A stretch of 47,099 bases of DNA from a virus. Lineage: Duplodnaviria; Caudoviricetes. The notes under the pieces were generated by a model that searched no databases, was not told the origin of the DNA, and worked only from the letters and a program-made list of their open reading frames with translations. The translations under genes and the position numbers were made by a program. Of the stretch, positions 27,709-37,632 are shown piece by piece; position 1 is the stretch's first letter, and each line of letters opens with the position of its first letter. Where the stretch lies: IMG/VR virus record IMGVR_UViG_3300020393_000695, positions 1-47,099 of that record; one strand, 5' to 3'.

Positions 27709-27754
27709 TTTTTTCATTAGAGATGTTAAAATTCATTTATCAAGGAGATAGACA

Positions 27755-28042
27755 ATGGCAGATGCTAACAAAGATTTAAGAACCTACACTATAGAAACTG
27801 TAGATAAAGATGGTAAAACACCCATCAAAACAGAATATAAAGTAGAAGATATGGATAAAAACCAAGTAATTCTTTACAACAGGTTAGAAAAATTATCTGC
27901 TGAAAAAAATGACTTGAATATGCTTTTAGTAGAAAAAGAAATTCTTATAAATAGTTACAACCAGTCTTTAATTAAATCTTTACAACCAGAAAGAAAAATA
28001 GAAGATTTAACTAATGGTAAAGACAAAAAAAACAACGATTGA
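27755..28042 (+). CDS. Hypothetical coiled-coil protein
   Basis: AAGGAG SD, 95 aa. Confidence 0.75.
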   Translation: MADANKDLRTYTIETVDKDGKTPIKTEYKVEDMDKNQVILYNRLEKLSAEKNDLNMLLVEKEILINSYNQSLIKSLQPERKIEDLTNGKDKKNND

Positions 28043-28208
28043 AGTTGCCAGTGAACTTGAAGCACACGAAAGAGAATGTGCTATACGTTATGCCAATATA
28101 GAAAAAAGACTTGATTCTGGTCAAGCAAGATTCACACGAATAGAAGCAATGATTGTAGGTATCTACGGACTGTTGATCGCTTCGCAAATTTTAGATAGGA
28201 TGTTCTAA
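28014..28208 (+). CDS. Small membrane-anchored coiled-coil protein
   Basis: HERECAIRY...IEKRL followed by a C-terminal TM (MIVGIYGLLIAS). Confidence 0.7.
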   Translation: MVKTKKTTIEVASELEAHERECAIRYANIEKRLDSGQARFTRIEAMIVGIYGLLIASQILDRMF

Positions 28209-28861
28209 TGGCAGGACTTAGTATTGCTACAGAACCTACACAAGAACCACTTTCTTTACAGGAAGTTAAAGATTATTTACGTGTTGAAGATTCTGCAGAT
28301 GAGAGAATCTTAAGAACAATGATTGAAACTGCAAGAAGATTTGCAGAAGAACATTTAGGAAGATCACTTATGCAAACTACAATTCATCAGTTCATTGATG
28401 GATATGATGAAATTGAAGACCCACTCTTTGAGGGATTTAGAAAAGGACCATTTCTTACTTATTATAAAAACTACATAACATTGGCAAGACCACCAGTGAT
28501 TTCTGTTACAAGTGTAAGTACGTTTAACGATTCAGATACAGAAACAACCTTTGCTAGTTCAAAATACTTTTTAGACAATGCAAGAGAACCTGCAAGAATA
28601 GTTTTAAGAAACGGAGAAACTTTCCCAACCAGTTTAAGGGTAGCTAACGCAATCAAAATTGTATATGTGTCAGGTTATACATCTCCATTTACAATCCCCG
28701 AACCTATAAGATTGGGGATGTTACAACATATTGCACACTTATATGAACACCGAGGCGATATGTACAATTCCGTTGGTTACCCACCTTCTTTACAAAGACT
28801 TTATCAACCTTACGTAGTAATGAAAGGTTTATCTTCTTCTACACTTTTATCAATTGGTTAA
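28208..28861 (+). CDS. Head-tail adaptor (HK97 gp6/phiE125 gp8-like)
   Basis: EPLSLQEVKDYLRV...IAHLYEHRG. Confidence 0.9.
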   Translation: MAGLSIATEPTQEPLSLQEVKDYLRVEDSADERILRTMIETARRFAEEHLGRSLMQTTIHQFIDGYDEIEDPLFEGFRKGPFLTYYKNYITLARPPVISVTSVSTFNDSDTETTFASSKYFLDNAREPARIVLRNGETFPTSLRVANAIKIVYVSGYTSPFTIPEPIRLGMLQHIAHLYEHRGDMYNSVGYPPSLQRLYQPYVVMKGLSSSTLLSIG

Positions 28862-29184
28862 TGGCTGTTGGTGGATTAAGACATAAAGTTGATTTGCAAA
28901 AACCAACCAATACGAGAGATGCAGGTGGTGGTGCAGTAAAAACCTTCACAACTTTGGCTCAACTTTACGCACAAATAAAGCCCGTCAGTGGGCAAGAAAA
29001 GTATAGACAGGGTCAAGTTCAAGAAAGTGTAACTCACCACGTGACGGTCCGTTATCGTAGCGACATAGGTACAAATATGAGGTTGGTGTATCAATCTAGA
29101 AACTTCAATATACGACATATCAGAAATATAGATGAAAGGAACAGATTCTTGCTTTTAGTTTGTAATGAAGGAGAAGCAACATGA
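28861..29184 (+). CDS. Head closure protein (SPP1 gp16-like)
   Basis: GLRHKVDLQ...THHVTVRY...RNFNI. Confidence 0.9.
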   Translation: MAVGGLRHKVDLQKPTNTRDAGGGAVKTFTTLAQLYAQIKPVSGQEKYRQGQVQESVTHHVTVRYRSDIGTNMRLVYQSRNFNIRHIRNIDERNRFLLLVCNEGEAT

Positions 29185-29609
29185 AACTCATTTTTTCTCT
29201 AAAAAATTTAGATGTTTTCAATAAACGAATGGAAAAAAGATTGAAAAATGATGCATTGAAAGAAGTAAAAAAGAACGTAACTTATGGAACAAATATTGTA
29301 GAAAACTTTGCAAAAGAAAAAATACAAAGAAGTCCTGCAACTGGTAACCCAAGAGGTGATGGAAGTTTTGCTTCTGCGCCCGGCGAATTTCCCAAAACTG
29401 ATACAGGATTTTTGGTGCAAAATATTTCTTCAAAAGTTTTTACAAAGGGAAACACAGTCATAGGTCAGATAATAAGTTCAGCACCTTATTCCAAACATTT
29501 AGAGTTTGGAACAACAAAAATGGCAGCAAGACCATTCATGCAACCAAGTTTGGAAGCTAATGCCAAAAAAATAGAAAGAAGATTTAAACGTGGAGGTTAC
29601 ATAGATTGA
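29181..29609 (+). CDS. HK97 gp10-like neck protein
   Basis: SAPGEFPKTDTG...LEFGTTKMAARPFMQP. Confidence 0.9.
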   Translation: MKLIFSLKNLDVFNKRMEKRLKNDALKEVKKNVTYGTNIVENFAKEKIQRSPATGNPRGDGSFASAPGEFPKTDTGFLVQNISSKVFTKGNTVIGQIISSAPYSKHLEFGTTKMAARPFMQPSLEANAKKIERRFKRGGYID

Positions 29610-30013
29610 GTATCGGACAATTTGCATTGCAATCTACAATTTATTCAACACTTAACGGTGATAGCAACTTAACAAATACTTTAGGTGCAGGAGTTTTTGA
29701 TGAAGTTGTTGAAGGTACAAGTTATCCATTTGTTGCTATCGGTGAAGAAACTGCAGTTGATTACGGAACAAAAACTTTAGATGGTGGTGAGTTCACAATC
29801 AATATTCATGTATGGTCACAATATACAGGTGCAAAAGAAACTAAAAATATTATGGACAGAATTCACGAACTGCTTCACAATAGTAGTTTAAGTGTTACTG
29901 GTTTTAACCTTATAAATATGAGATTTGAATTCAGTGATATTTTAAGGGACCCAGATGGGATAACCAGACACGGTGTCATGCGATTTCGTGCAGTAATTTT
30001 AGGAACTTCATAA
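29606..30013 (+). CDS. Tail terminator (DUF3168-like)
   Basis: YPFVAIGE...IHVWS...RDPDGITRHGVMRFRA. Confidence 0.88.
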   Translation: MSIGQFALQSTIYSTLNGDSNLTNTLGAGVFDEVVEGTSYPFVAIGEETAVDYGTKTLDGGEFTINIHVWSQYTGAKETKNIMDRIHELLHNSSLSVTGFNLINMRFEFSDILRDPDGITRHGVMRFRAVILGTS

Positions 30014-30026
30014 AAGGAGAAAAATT

Positions 30027-30431
30027 ATGGCAGCACAGAAAGGATCAGCAGTCCTCATCAAAGCTACAGTAAGTGGAAGTAAAGTAACCGTTGGTGGTTT
30101 GCGTTCTTCTTCAATTGTTCTGAATGATGAAATGGTTGATATTACTAACAAGGATTCTTCCAATGCAAGAACTCTTTTACCTCAAGGTGGAATTCAATCA
30201 CTTACTATAAGTGGTTCAGGTGTCTTTACTGATAGCACATCTGAACAACAATTGAGAACTTCGGTTGGAGAATCTGTTTTTAATACTTACGATTTCGTTA
30301 TTCCAGATTTGGGAACTTACTCAGGAAGTTTTCAAGTAACTTCACTTGAATTTGCAGGTGAATACAATGGAGAAGCAACTTACAGTGTAACACTTGAATC
30401 AAGTGGTGCAGTCACCTTTGCCGCAGCATAA
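30027..30431 (+). CDS. Major tail tube protein (TP901-1/GTA-like)
   Basis: MAAQKG...GGLR...VDITNKDS...SGSGVF...LEFAGEYNGEATYSVTLES. Confidence 0.92.
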   Translation: MAAQKGSAVLIKATVSGSKVTVGGLRSSSIVLNDEMVDITNKDSSNARTLLPQGGIQSLTISGSGVFTDSTSEQQLRTSVGESVFNTYDFVIPDLGTYSGSFQVTSLEFAGEYNGEATYSVTLESSGAVTFAAA

Positions 30432-30670
30432 TGTTTGAAACAGTTGAAGTAAAAAAAGGAAAAGAAATTATTCAAGGTTCACTTGATGATGGTGTTCTTT
30501 CCGTACCAAATGTTTTAGGAAAGTCTGTTTCAGAAGTAACAATAAACGGCAAATCTTACAATGTTTTAGAATCAAATGTAGATGTTAGAGATAATTTAAT
30601 TTATTTAACAATAGATATTCCAGACGGAAAATCAGGAGCTAAGTCAAATGACGAATCCACTGAAGGGTGA
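30431..30670 (+). CDS. Hypothetical protein
   Basis: Coupled ORF between the tail tube and chaperone genes. Confidence 0.65.
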   Translation: MFETVEVKKGKEIIQGSLDDGVLSVPNVLGKSVSEVTINGKSYNVLESNVDVRDNLIYLTIDIPDGKSGAKSNDESTEG

Positions 30671-30998
30671 AGTCCAAATTTCATTAGGTGAAAAAACATA
30701 TAAAGCAAGACTGACGATTGATGCTTTAGTTAGAATAGAGGAAGCAACGAATCTCGGTATTCTTAAATTAGCAACTAAAATCGCAAGTGCTGAATGTAAA
30801 CTTTCAGAACTCATTATCATTTTAACTGCCGCTTTGCGTGGGGGTGGAAATGATTTACAAGAAAAGGATATAAAAGAAATCATATCCGATATAGGTATAG
30901 TCCAAGCAAGTACAGAAGTAGCTAGACTGATTGCGTCTTCTCTAAGCGACCCAAATGACGAGGAAGCAGAAGAGGTAAAGTTGGAAAAGGCAACATAG
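30648..30998 (+). CDS. Tail assembly chaperone (GTA gp10-like)
   Basis: MTNPLKGEV...LTIDALVRIE...ALRGGG, at the canonical position. Confidence 0.85.
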   Translation: MTNPLKGEVQISLGEKTYKARLTIDALVRIEEATNLGILKLATKIASAECKLSELIIILTAALRGGGNDLQEKDIKEIISDIGIVQASTEVARLIASSLSDPNDEEAEEVKLEKAT

Positions 30999-31192
30999 CT
31001 GAGTCAATCAGCTGGAATCGGTATATGGAAATTTGTATCGGTACAATGCAAATGCGACCCAAAGATTTCTGGAATCTTTCCTGTGTTGAATTATATGCTG
31101 CCATAAGGGGTTTCAAGCAATTCCACACCGTAGAACAAGATCATATGTCTAGGGGAGAACTAGAAAACTTAATGGAGCTTTATCCAGACTGA
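30989..31192 (+). CDS. -1 frameshift extension of the tail assembly chaperone (G-T type)
   Basis: Open -1 frame ...WNRYMEICIGTMQMRPKDFWNLS...ELENLMELYPD, ending in a TGA that overlaps the tape measure ATG. Slippery G-GAA-AAG at 30983-30989. Confidence 0.75.
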   Translation, partial: GNIAESISWNRYMEICIGTMQMRPKDFWNLSCVELYAAIRGFKQFHTVEQDHMSRGELENLMELYPD

Positions 31193-32838
31193 TGGCAACT
31201 ACTGTAGATCAATTAATTGTAGAAATTAAAGCAGATACTAAAGATTTGCAATCACAACTACGCAGATTGGAAGGAAGGATAGGTTCTGCAGGAAAAACTG
31301 GTAGTACAGCTTTTGTGCCAATGATTGGAAGTATGAAAAGTATGTTGCCAATAATAGCAGGTGTTGTTGCAGGTCTAGGGGCAATCGGGGCAGTTCGTGG
31401 AATAGCACAAGTTGGTTCTGAGTTTGAAGATATGCGTGATTCTTTGAACCAAGTATTCGGTAGTATTCAAGGTGGAGAACGAGCTTTTAACAATATCTTA
31501 ACCTTCGCACAAACAACTCCTTTTCAAGTTGAAGATGTAACTAGAGCATTTATTTCATTAAAAGGTGCAGGTATTGAACCGAGTGCAGATATGTTACAAG
31601 TCTTTGCCGATACTGCCTCCACATCTGTAGATCAATTAGGGGCATTTCAGGCAATGGTGCGTTTAGTCCAAAGATCGGCTGCAGGTGGATTAGGTCTTGA
31701 GGAAATAAATCAGTTAGATGATAGAGGAATACCTGCAACAAAAATCCTTACCGAAGCATTGAATGTAAATAGATTAGAGTTGAGTAAGTTTGGTCAAACA
31801 GCCGAAGACGCAGCATTCATGGTGGAAAAACTTATAGAAGGAATGAAAGAACGTTTTGGTGGAGCAATGGAACAGAAGATGGATAACCTATCTACTAAAA
31901 CTTCAAATATGACGATTGCTTTTAAAGAATTACAGAACTCTATTTTTGAAGGAGGATTAGGAGATTTCTTAGGAGATTTAGCAGATAAAATGAATAACTT
32001 GGCAAGTGCAACTGCCAAAAGCATTAGAGCTATGACTGGTAATGAAACTGCTATGGATATCTTTGGAACTTTTGACGCAGGTGAAATATCCAGAAGGGGA
32101 CCTGAACTTATTGAAGAAATTGATAAAAAATTAGACACAATTTTTAGAAGAGGAGGTGGCTCACAAGAAGCTGCCAGATTGGAAAAATTAAGAAACACAA
32201 TTGATTTCATGGTGATAGATGCAGATGAAGTTTTATTTGATGAATTATTGAAAGAAATAGCAGATAAAAGTGATGAACTTACTCCAAAATTGAATTTGAT
32301 GACAGAAGCTTTTGGAAGTTTAGATCAAATTACAAAAGAGGGGGCACAATCTATATCTGAAGATTTTACTGATGCATTATTGAATGGAGAAAATGTTTTG
32401 AGTAGTTTCGCAGATTTTACAAAAAGCATTATTTCTCAAATTATTGCGACTTTTTTAAGATTAGCAGTAATAGAACCTATCTTACAAGGAGCATTTTCGG
32501 CACTTGGTTTGAATTTTGGAACACCAACAGGTTCTGCTGCAACAGGTGGTTTAGCCACTCACAATAGACCTATGCTTGTTGGTGAAAGGGGTCCAGAATT
32601 GTTTGTTCCACATACTCCCGGCAGTATCATCAATTCAAATAATACAAGGTCTGCTCTTGCAGGAGGTGGAAGTGGGGTGGTTATAAATCAAAGTATAAAT
32701 TTTGCAACTGGTGTAGTTCCAACAGTAAGAAAAGAAGTTTTAAATTTATTACCACAAATATCGCAAGTAACAAAAGCTTCGGTTTTAGAAGCTAGTGCGA
32801 GAGGTGGTTCTTTTAGCAGAACAATAAGAGGTAGATAA
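31192..32838 (+). CDS. Tape measure protein
   Basis: Helical and Ala/Gly-rich, with FAQTTPFQV and C-terminal LVGERGPELFVP. Confidence 0.92.
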   Translation: MATTVDQLIVEIKADTKDLQSQLRRLEGRIGSAGKTGSTAFVPMIGSMKSMLPIIAGVVAGLGAIGAVRGIAQVGSEFEDMRDSLNQVFGSIQGGERAFNNILTFAQTTPFQVEDVTRAFISLKGAGIEPSADMLQVFADTASTSVDQLGAFQAMVRLVQRSAAGGLGLEEINQLDDRGIPATKILTEALNVNRLELSKFGQTAEDAAFMVEKLIEGMKERFGGAMEQKMDNLSTKTSNMTIAFKELQNSIFEGGLGDFLGDLADKMNNLASATAKSIRAMTGNETAMDIFGTFDAGEISRRGPELIEEIDKKLDTIFRRGGGSQEAARLEKLRNTIDFMVIDADEVLFDELLKEIADKSDELTPKLNLMTEAFGSLDQITKEGAQSISEDFTDALLNGENVLSSFADFTKSIISQIIATFLRLAVIEPILQGAFSALGLNFGTPTGSAATGGLATHNRPMLVGERGPELFVPHTPGSIINSNNTRSALAGGGSGVVINQSINFATGVVPTVRKEVLNLLPQISQVTKASVLEASARGGSFSRTIRGR

Positions 32839-33704
32839 TGAGTAAAGAAATTGAAATGCCTACTACACCTAATTTTATTACAAGTGAATTTTCTTTAGAA
32901 AGAACTATAGGTACAACAATAAGTCCATTTACAGGTTCTCAAAGACAACAAGAATTTGATAATGTTTTTTGGTCTGCAACTGTTTCGCTTCCTCCATTGA
33001 ATAGAAGTCAAGCTTCAAACTGGCAAAGTTTTCTTACTAGGTTGAAAGGTCCTATAAACAATTTCCAATTTACAGACCCAGACGCAAAAACAGGAACGGG
33101 GACTTATAACTCAAATGATTTAAAAGCAAATAAAAGAATTACTAATACTAATGTAACTCTTTCTTTTTCTGGGAATACAATCACTGCAGGTGCTTCTACT
33201 TTTTCAAGTGCTATTGTTGGGGATTACATAGTTGTAACAGGTGCAACCAATGAAAATAATAATGGTACTCATAAAATAACAACAGTTACATCAAACACAG
33301 TTGTTGTAGTAGATACAAATTTGACAGCAGAATCTTCAACTGCAAGTTGTAAAGTGCAACAAAATATAAAAGGTTCTCAGGGATTATCTTTATTAGGTGA
33401 TACTAATTCTGCAACTGGAACACTTGCCGTAGGTGATTATCTTGGAGTGCTTTCAGGAACACTTACGACTAACCAACCAATACAACTGGTTTTAGTAACT
33501 GAAGTAAGCACGGAAACCAGTGGAACACCTAATAAGTACAGTGTTGGTATAGAACCAAAGTTAAGACAGGATATTGCAGATAACCAACTTGTAAAATTCA
33601 ATAATGCAAAAGGTTTGTTTAGATTGAGTGAGAACAATGCGAATTGGTCTGGCAATCATAATTCAATTTACAATATAAGTTTTAGTTGTGTAGAGGTGAT
33701 ATAA
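32838..33704 (+). CDS. Distal tail protein (Dit-like) with an inserted beta-rich domain
   Basis: Follows the tape measure gene. SPFTG...WSATVSLPP...F-x-x-x-LKG N-terminus and GLFRL C-terminus flank a Thr-rich insert. Confidence 0.65.
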   Translation: MSKEIEMPTTPNFITSEFSLERTIGTTISPFTGSQRQQEFDNVFWSATVSLPPLNRSQASNWQSFLTRLKGPINNFQFTDPDAKTGTGTYNSNDLKANKRITNTNVTLSFSGNTITAGASTFSSAIVGDYIVVTGATNENNNGTHKITTVTSNTVVVVDTNLTAESSTASCKVQQNIKGSQGLSLLGDTNSATGTLAVGDYLGVLSGTLTTNQPIQLVLVTEVSTETSGTPNKYSVGIEPKLRQDIADNQLVKFNNAKGLFRLSENNANWSGNHNSIYNISFSCVEVI

Positions 33705-34340
33705 ATGAGTACAAGAGAAGGAATAGATACTAAGGTACTAACTGCTTTAGGAGAGGATAAAATTTATCCTTTCTTTGCAGTCAAAGGTCAGTTTGATAGT
33801 GGCACTGTTAGACTATGGACTGGAACGGAAGATATTACTATTGATTCAGAAACTTATACGGGTGCAGGTTCTTTGCTTTCTATGACAGGAGTTGAAGAAA
33901 ACAGTGATCTTGCTAGTACCAACTTGGTTGTAACTTTATCAGGTATGGACCAAACTGTTTTAAATTTAGCTCTTTCTGAAAATTATCAGAACAGACGTAT
34001 AGATGCTTTTCTTGGATTTTTAGACGGTGGTACAAATGAAGTAAAAGGAAAGATGAATATATTTGGTGGTCGTATGACTCAAATGACAATTTCCGATTCA
34101 GCACAAGGTTCACAAGTTACAATCAATTCCGAAAACAGATTAGTAGATTTAGATAGACCAAGTAACTTGCGTTACAACAGGGGTTCACAACAATTTTTAG
34201 ATTCTACTGATACTGCATTTAGACACGTTCAAGAAAATTTAGAAGTAGAATTGATTTGGGGTAGAGATGATCCAGACCCTAGTAGTAATGCTGCCGCAGT
34301 TGACCCTTATGGAAGCTACTACATAGGAGGTTTATTTTGA
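33705..34340 (+). CDS. Tail tip/hub protein
   Basis: VRLWTG...YTGAGSLL...FGGRM...ENRLVDLDRP...WGR, plus position. Confidence 0.7.
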   Translation: MSTREGIDTKVLTALGEDKIYPFFAVKGQFDSGTVRLWTGTEDITIDSETYTGAGSLLSMTGVEENSDLASTNLVVTLSGMDQTVLNLALSENYQNRRIDAFLGFLDGGTNEVKGKMNIFGGRMTQMTISDSAQGSQVTINSENRLVDLDRPSNLRYNRGSQQFLDSTDTAFRHVQENLEVELIWGRDDPDPSSNAAAVDPYGSYYIGGLF

Positions 34341-34771
34341 GCAAAAAAATTTTAAAAAAAGTACCCCAATGGGATACAAAACTATTTAATTTTCTAAGAG
34401 AGATAGAACAAAAACCTTTTAAGTGGGGTACTTGGGATTGTTGCATTTTTGCTTTGCAATCAATAGAAGTAATGACAGATAAAAAAACTGTAGCTGTTAC
34501 TTGGAAAGATAAAATGTCTGCCCTCAGATATATAAAAAAAGAAGGTGGGAGTTTGAAAGCAATTGCTGATAAATTTGTCAAACAATACGGGTTAGAAACA
34601 ATACAGAAAAGTTTTGTTACCTGTGGTGATATTGTTTTGATAAAGGAGCAAGAAACACAAGAGGATTTGTTAGGTGTGTGTAGTGGTAATTTAATTTTGT
34701 GTGTTGCAGAAGGAGGTGTAACTTATAAACCCAACGAAGACGCAAAAAAAGTTTGGAGAATTAGTAGTTAA
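34337..34771 (+). CDS. NlpC/P60-like tail assembly protein
   Basis: PFKWGTWDCCIFA...GDIVL. Confidence 0.75.
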   Translation: MSKKILKKVPQWDTKLFNFLREIEQKPFKWGTWDCCIFALQSIEVMTDKKTVAVTWKDKMSALRYIKKEGGSLKAIADKFVKQYGLETIQKSFVTCGDIVLIKEQETQEDLLGVCSGNLILCVAEGGVTYKPNEDAKKVWRISS

Positions 34772-37632
34772 TGCCAAAAGCAATTAAAACAGCAATTGTA
34801 GTTACATTAGGGGCTTTTGTTGTAATTGCTGTCGGGGCACCTGCATTTGTTAAAACATTTACGTTTCTAGGAATGACAGGTACGTCAGCATTCTTGGCCT
34901 TCACGGCAACAAGCACTTTTGTTATGTCAGCACTTGGGTCTATGTTAGCACCAGACCCACCTTCAGTAGCTTTAGAAAATTTTGGAACAAAAGCTTCTAG
35001 AAAAGATGCAAACGCACCAAGACAGATAATTTATGGACAAACAAGAGTTGGTGGAACGATAACTCAGATGGAAACTGTTGGTGATGATAATAATAAATTA
35101 TGTATGTTTATTGTGATTGCAGGACATCAAATAACAAGTATTGAGAAAGTTTTTTTAAATGACAACGAAGTAAGAGTTAATAAAAATGATGGTCAAGGTG
35201 GAAACACTACAACAAGCACAGTAAGTGGAGAAACCGTACATGAGGTTACTGACAGTGCCTTTATAAATACAGAAAATGATAATTCTTTTACCAGTGGCAG
35301 GTTGATTAGATTTACAATACATGATGGTAGTCAAACAGCAAGAGATGGATTGGCTGCCGCAAGTTTGGGAACAACTGCAGTTCCTACTACGCATAAGTTT
35401 ACAAACTGTGCTTACATTTATATGGAATGTATCTATGACCCTGAATTTTTAAGTTCAGTGCCACAAATCTCGTTTGAAGTAAAAGGTAAAAATATATTTG
35501 ATCCAAGAACAAACGCAGTTTCAACAACTGATGCACAAAGATCAAACCCTGCTCTGATAATAAGAGATTATCTTTCAAATTCTGATTTTGGTTTGAAAGC
35601 AACAACAACTGAATTAAATGACTCAACTTCTGCAGGTGGTTTTGCTTCTGCTGCAAATACTTGTGATCAATCTGTAAGCACTGATGATTCAGGTGGTACA
35701 GAATCTAGATACACTTGCAATGGTTTTACAAATATGACAGCTAATGCAAAGGAATTTTTATCAACAGCACTTGCCTCCATGGCAGGTTCTTTGACTTACA
35801 CAAATGGTAAGTTCAATGTTTTTGCAGGTGCAAATCAAACGGCTTCTATGACAATTACTGATGAAGATTGTTTGTCTGATTTACAAATTACAACTAAGAG
35901 TGCAAATGGTGATCTTTTCAATACAGTGAAAGGAATATTTACTGACAGTGAAAATAAATTCATTGGCACAGATGCACCTGTGTTACAGAATGCAACATTT
36001 CTTGCACAAGATACCCCAAGTGGAGAAAGTTCTGCTTCTTACGTAAAAACAATGGAACTTAAATTTCCTTTCACTAACACCGTTACAATGGCACAACGTT
36101 TGATGAAGATTGCATTACTACATCAAAGACAGACGATAACGATTTCTGGAAACTTCACTTTAGAGTTTATGAAATTGCAACCCAAAGATTATGTAAATGT
36201 TACAAATACCAGATTAGGTTTTTCTTCAAAATTGTTTGAGGTTGAAGCTGTAAATTTAGATATTATGGGAGAAGAAAGCGATCCACAACTCGTAACTTCT
36301 TTGCAATTGAAAGAGATGGATACGGCAGTTTATGATTTTGCAACTAATGAATACTCAACACCAATTTCTGTAGTTGCAGTTCAGAATAAAGGCACATCTA
36401 CATTATTGGCTCCAACTGGTGCTAGTAGGCAACAAACAGCAACCGTTGAAGGAGTAACAACAAAAATAAATATTGATGTTTCTTGGACTGCAAGAAATGA
36501 TCCAAGTATTGTTGCTACCGAAGTGCAGTTCAAATTAAATAGTGATAGTAATTACAAATCAATCACAACTGGTCCAAAACAAACAAGAGCTAGTATTCCA
36601 AATGTTGTAGTAGGAGAAACTTATAATATTAGACTTAGAAACATTGGTAAAAATGGAGAAGTTTCGGCAAATGTCGCCCTGTCAGATTTAACTATTGTTG
36701 CAGTTACTACAGCACCTAATACACCTTCAGGTGTAAGTATAGTAAGTGGTAAATCATTTCAAATTGGATTGTCTTGGACCAACCCAAATAATTCTGATTT
36801 ACGTGCTGTAAAAATATATCGTAAGACTAGTAATGTTACCCCGACTGATGACACTGATTTAGTTGAAACAATTTACGGTGAACCAAATGCAAAGTCTATT
36901 TTCAATTTTGGGGTACAAGATGGTTTGACTGCAGGTGTGGTTTATTATTTTTGGTTAAGAGCTATAAATCATTCGGGAGTTCATTCTCCTTTTACTTCAA
37001 GTGTGAACGGTTCGTTTACAACAGTAGATGGTTCAACTTTAGCAATAGACTCAAGTGATGGTATTAAATTAGATACGTTTGATGCAGTAAGTCATGTGAA
37101 CGTAAATACTCTTTCTGCAAATTTATTTTCAGAGGCACAAAAAGTTGATTTCAGTTTTAACAACTCAACCACTTTTACGAATATTGCAACTAATGTGGGT
37201 AATGGTTCTTTAGCACCAATATTAAGTTCTCCGATCAATTTAATAATTCCTGCTACAAAAACAGCAGAATCAAAAAATTACATAGCTAGTTGTGTATTTG
37301 GACCTGTAGGTAAAACAAATACTATTGATAATCTTGTAGGAACGGTAATATGTGTAATTGCAATATCTACAAATTCAAGTGCAACAGTTACCAGTGATTT
37401 TTTAACTACAGAGGAAAGAATTCATTCTGGTGATTCTTTTGCTTTATCAACAATGACTTTGCAAAAAGGGTTTAGTGTTACAACGAGTACGTCAGCAACA
37501 GTTACTAGATTTATTCATGTTTATGGTTTTCAGTTTGGGATATACGGAAGTGGTTATGATTTTACTAATGCTGCTGATACAGGTGATTTAGGTTTTACAG
37601 TTGATGTTTCTGTTTCTGGTGCCCATAGATGA
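34771..37632 (+). CDS. Central tail tip/host-specificity protein (lambda J-like, FN3 domains)
   Basis: PRQIIYGQTRVGG, SNPALIIRDYL, and FN3-like LSWTNP...YYFWLRAIN. Confidence 0.88.
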   Translation: MPKAIKTAIVVTLGAFVVIAVGAPAFVKTFTFLGMTGTSAFLAFTATSTFVMSALGSMLAPDPPSVALENFGTKASRKDANAPRQIIYGQTRVGGTITQMETVGDDNNKLCMFIVIAGHQITSIEKVFLNDNEVRVNKNDGQGGNTTTSTVSGETVHEVTDSAFINTENDNSFTSGRLIRFTIHDGSQTARDGLAAASLGTTAVPTTHKFTNCAYIYMECIYDPEFLSSVPQISFEVKGKNIFDPRTNAVSTTDAQRSNPALIIRDYLSNSDFGLKATTTELNDSTSAGGFASAANTCDQSVSTDDSGGTESRYTCNGFTNMTANAKEFLSTALASMAGSLTYTNGKFNVFAGANQTASMTITDEDCLSDLQITTKSANGDLFNTVKGIFTDSENKFIGTDAPVLQNATFLAQDTPSGESSASYVKTMELKFPFTNTVTMAQRLMKIALLHQRQTITISGNFTLEFMKLQPKDYVNVTNTRLGFSSKLFEVEAVNLDIMGEESDPQLVTSLQLKEMDTAVYDFATNEYSTPISVVAVQNKGTSTLLAPTGASRQQTATVEGVTTKINIDVSWTARNDPSIVATEVQFKLNSDSNYKSITTGPKQTRASIPNVVVGETYNIRLRNIGKNGEVSANVALSDLTIVAVTTAPNTPSGVSIVSGKSFQIGLSWTNPNNSDLRAVKIYRKTSNVTPTDDTDLVETIYGEPNAKSIFNFGVQDGLTAGVVYYFWLRAINHSGVHSPFTSSVNGSFTTVDGSTLAIDSSDGIKLDTFDAVSHVNVNTLSANLFSEAQKVDFSFNNSTTFTNIATNVGNGSLAPILSSPINLIIPATKTAESKNYIASCVFGPVGKTNTIDNLVGTVICVIAISTNSSATVTSDFLTTEERIHSGDSFALSTMTLQKGFSVTTSTSATVTRFIHVYGFQFGIYGSGYDFTNAADTGDLGFTVDVSVSGAHR

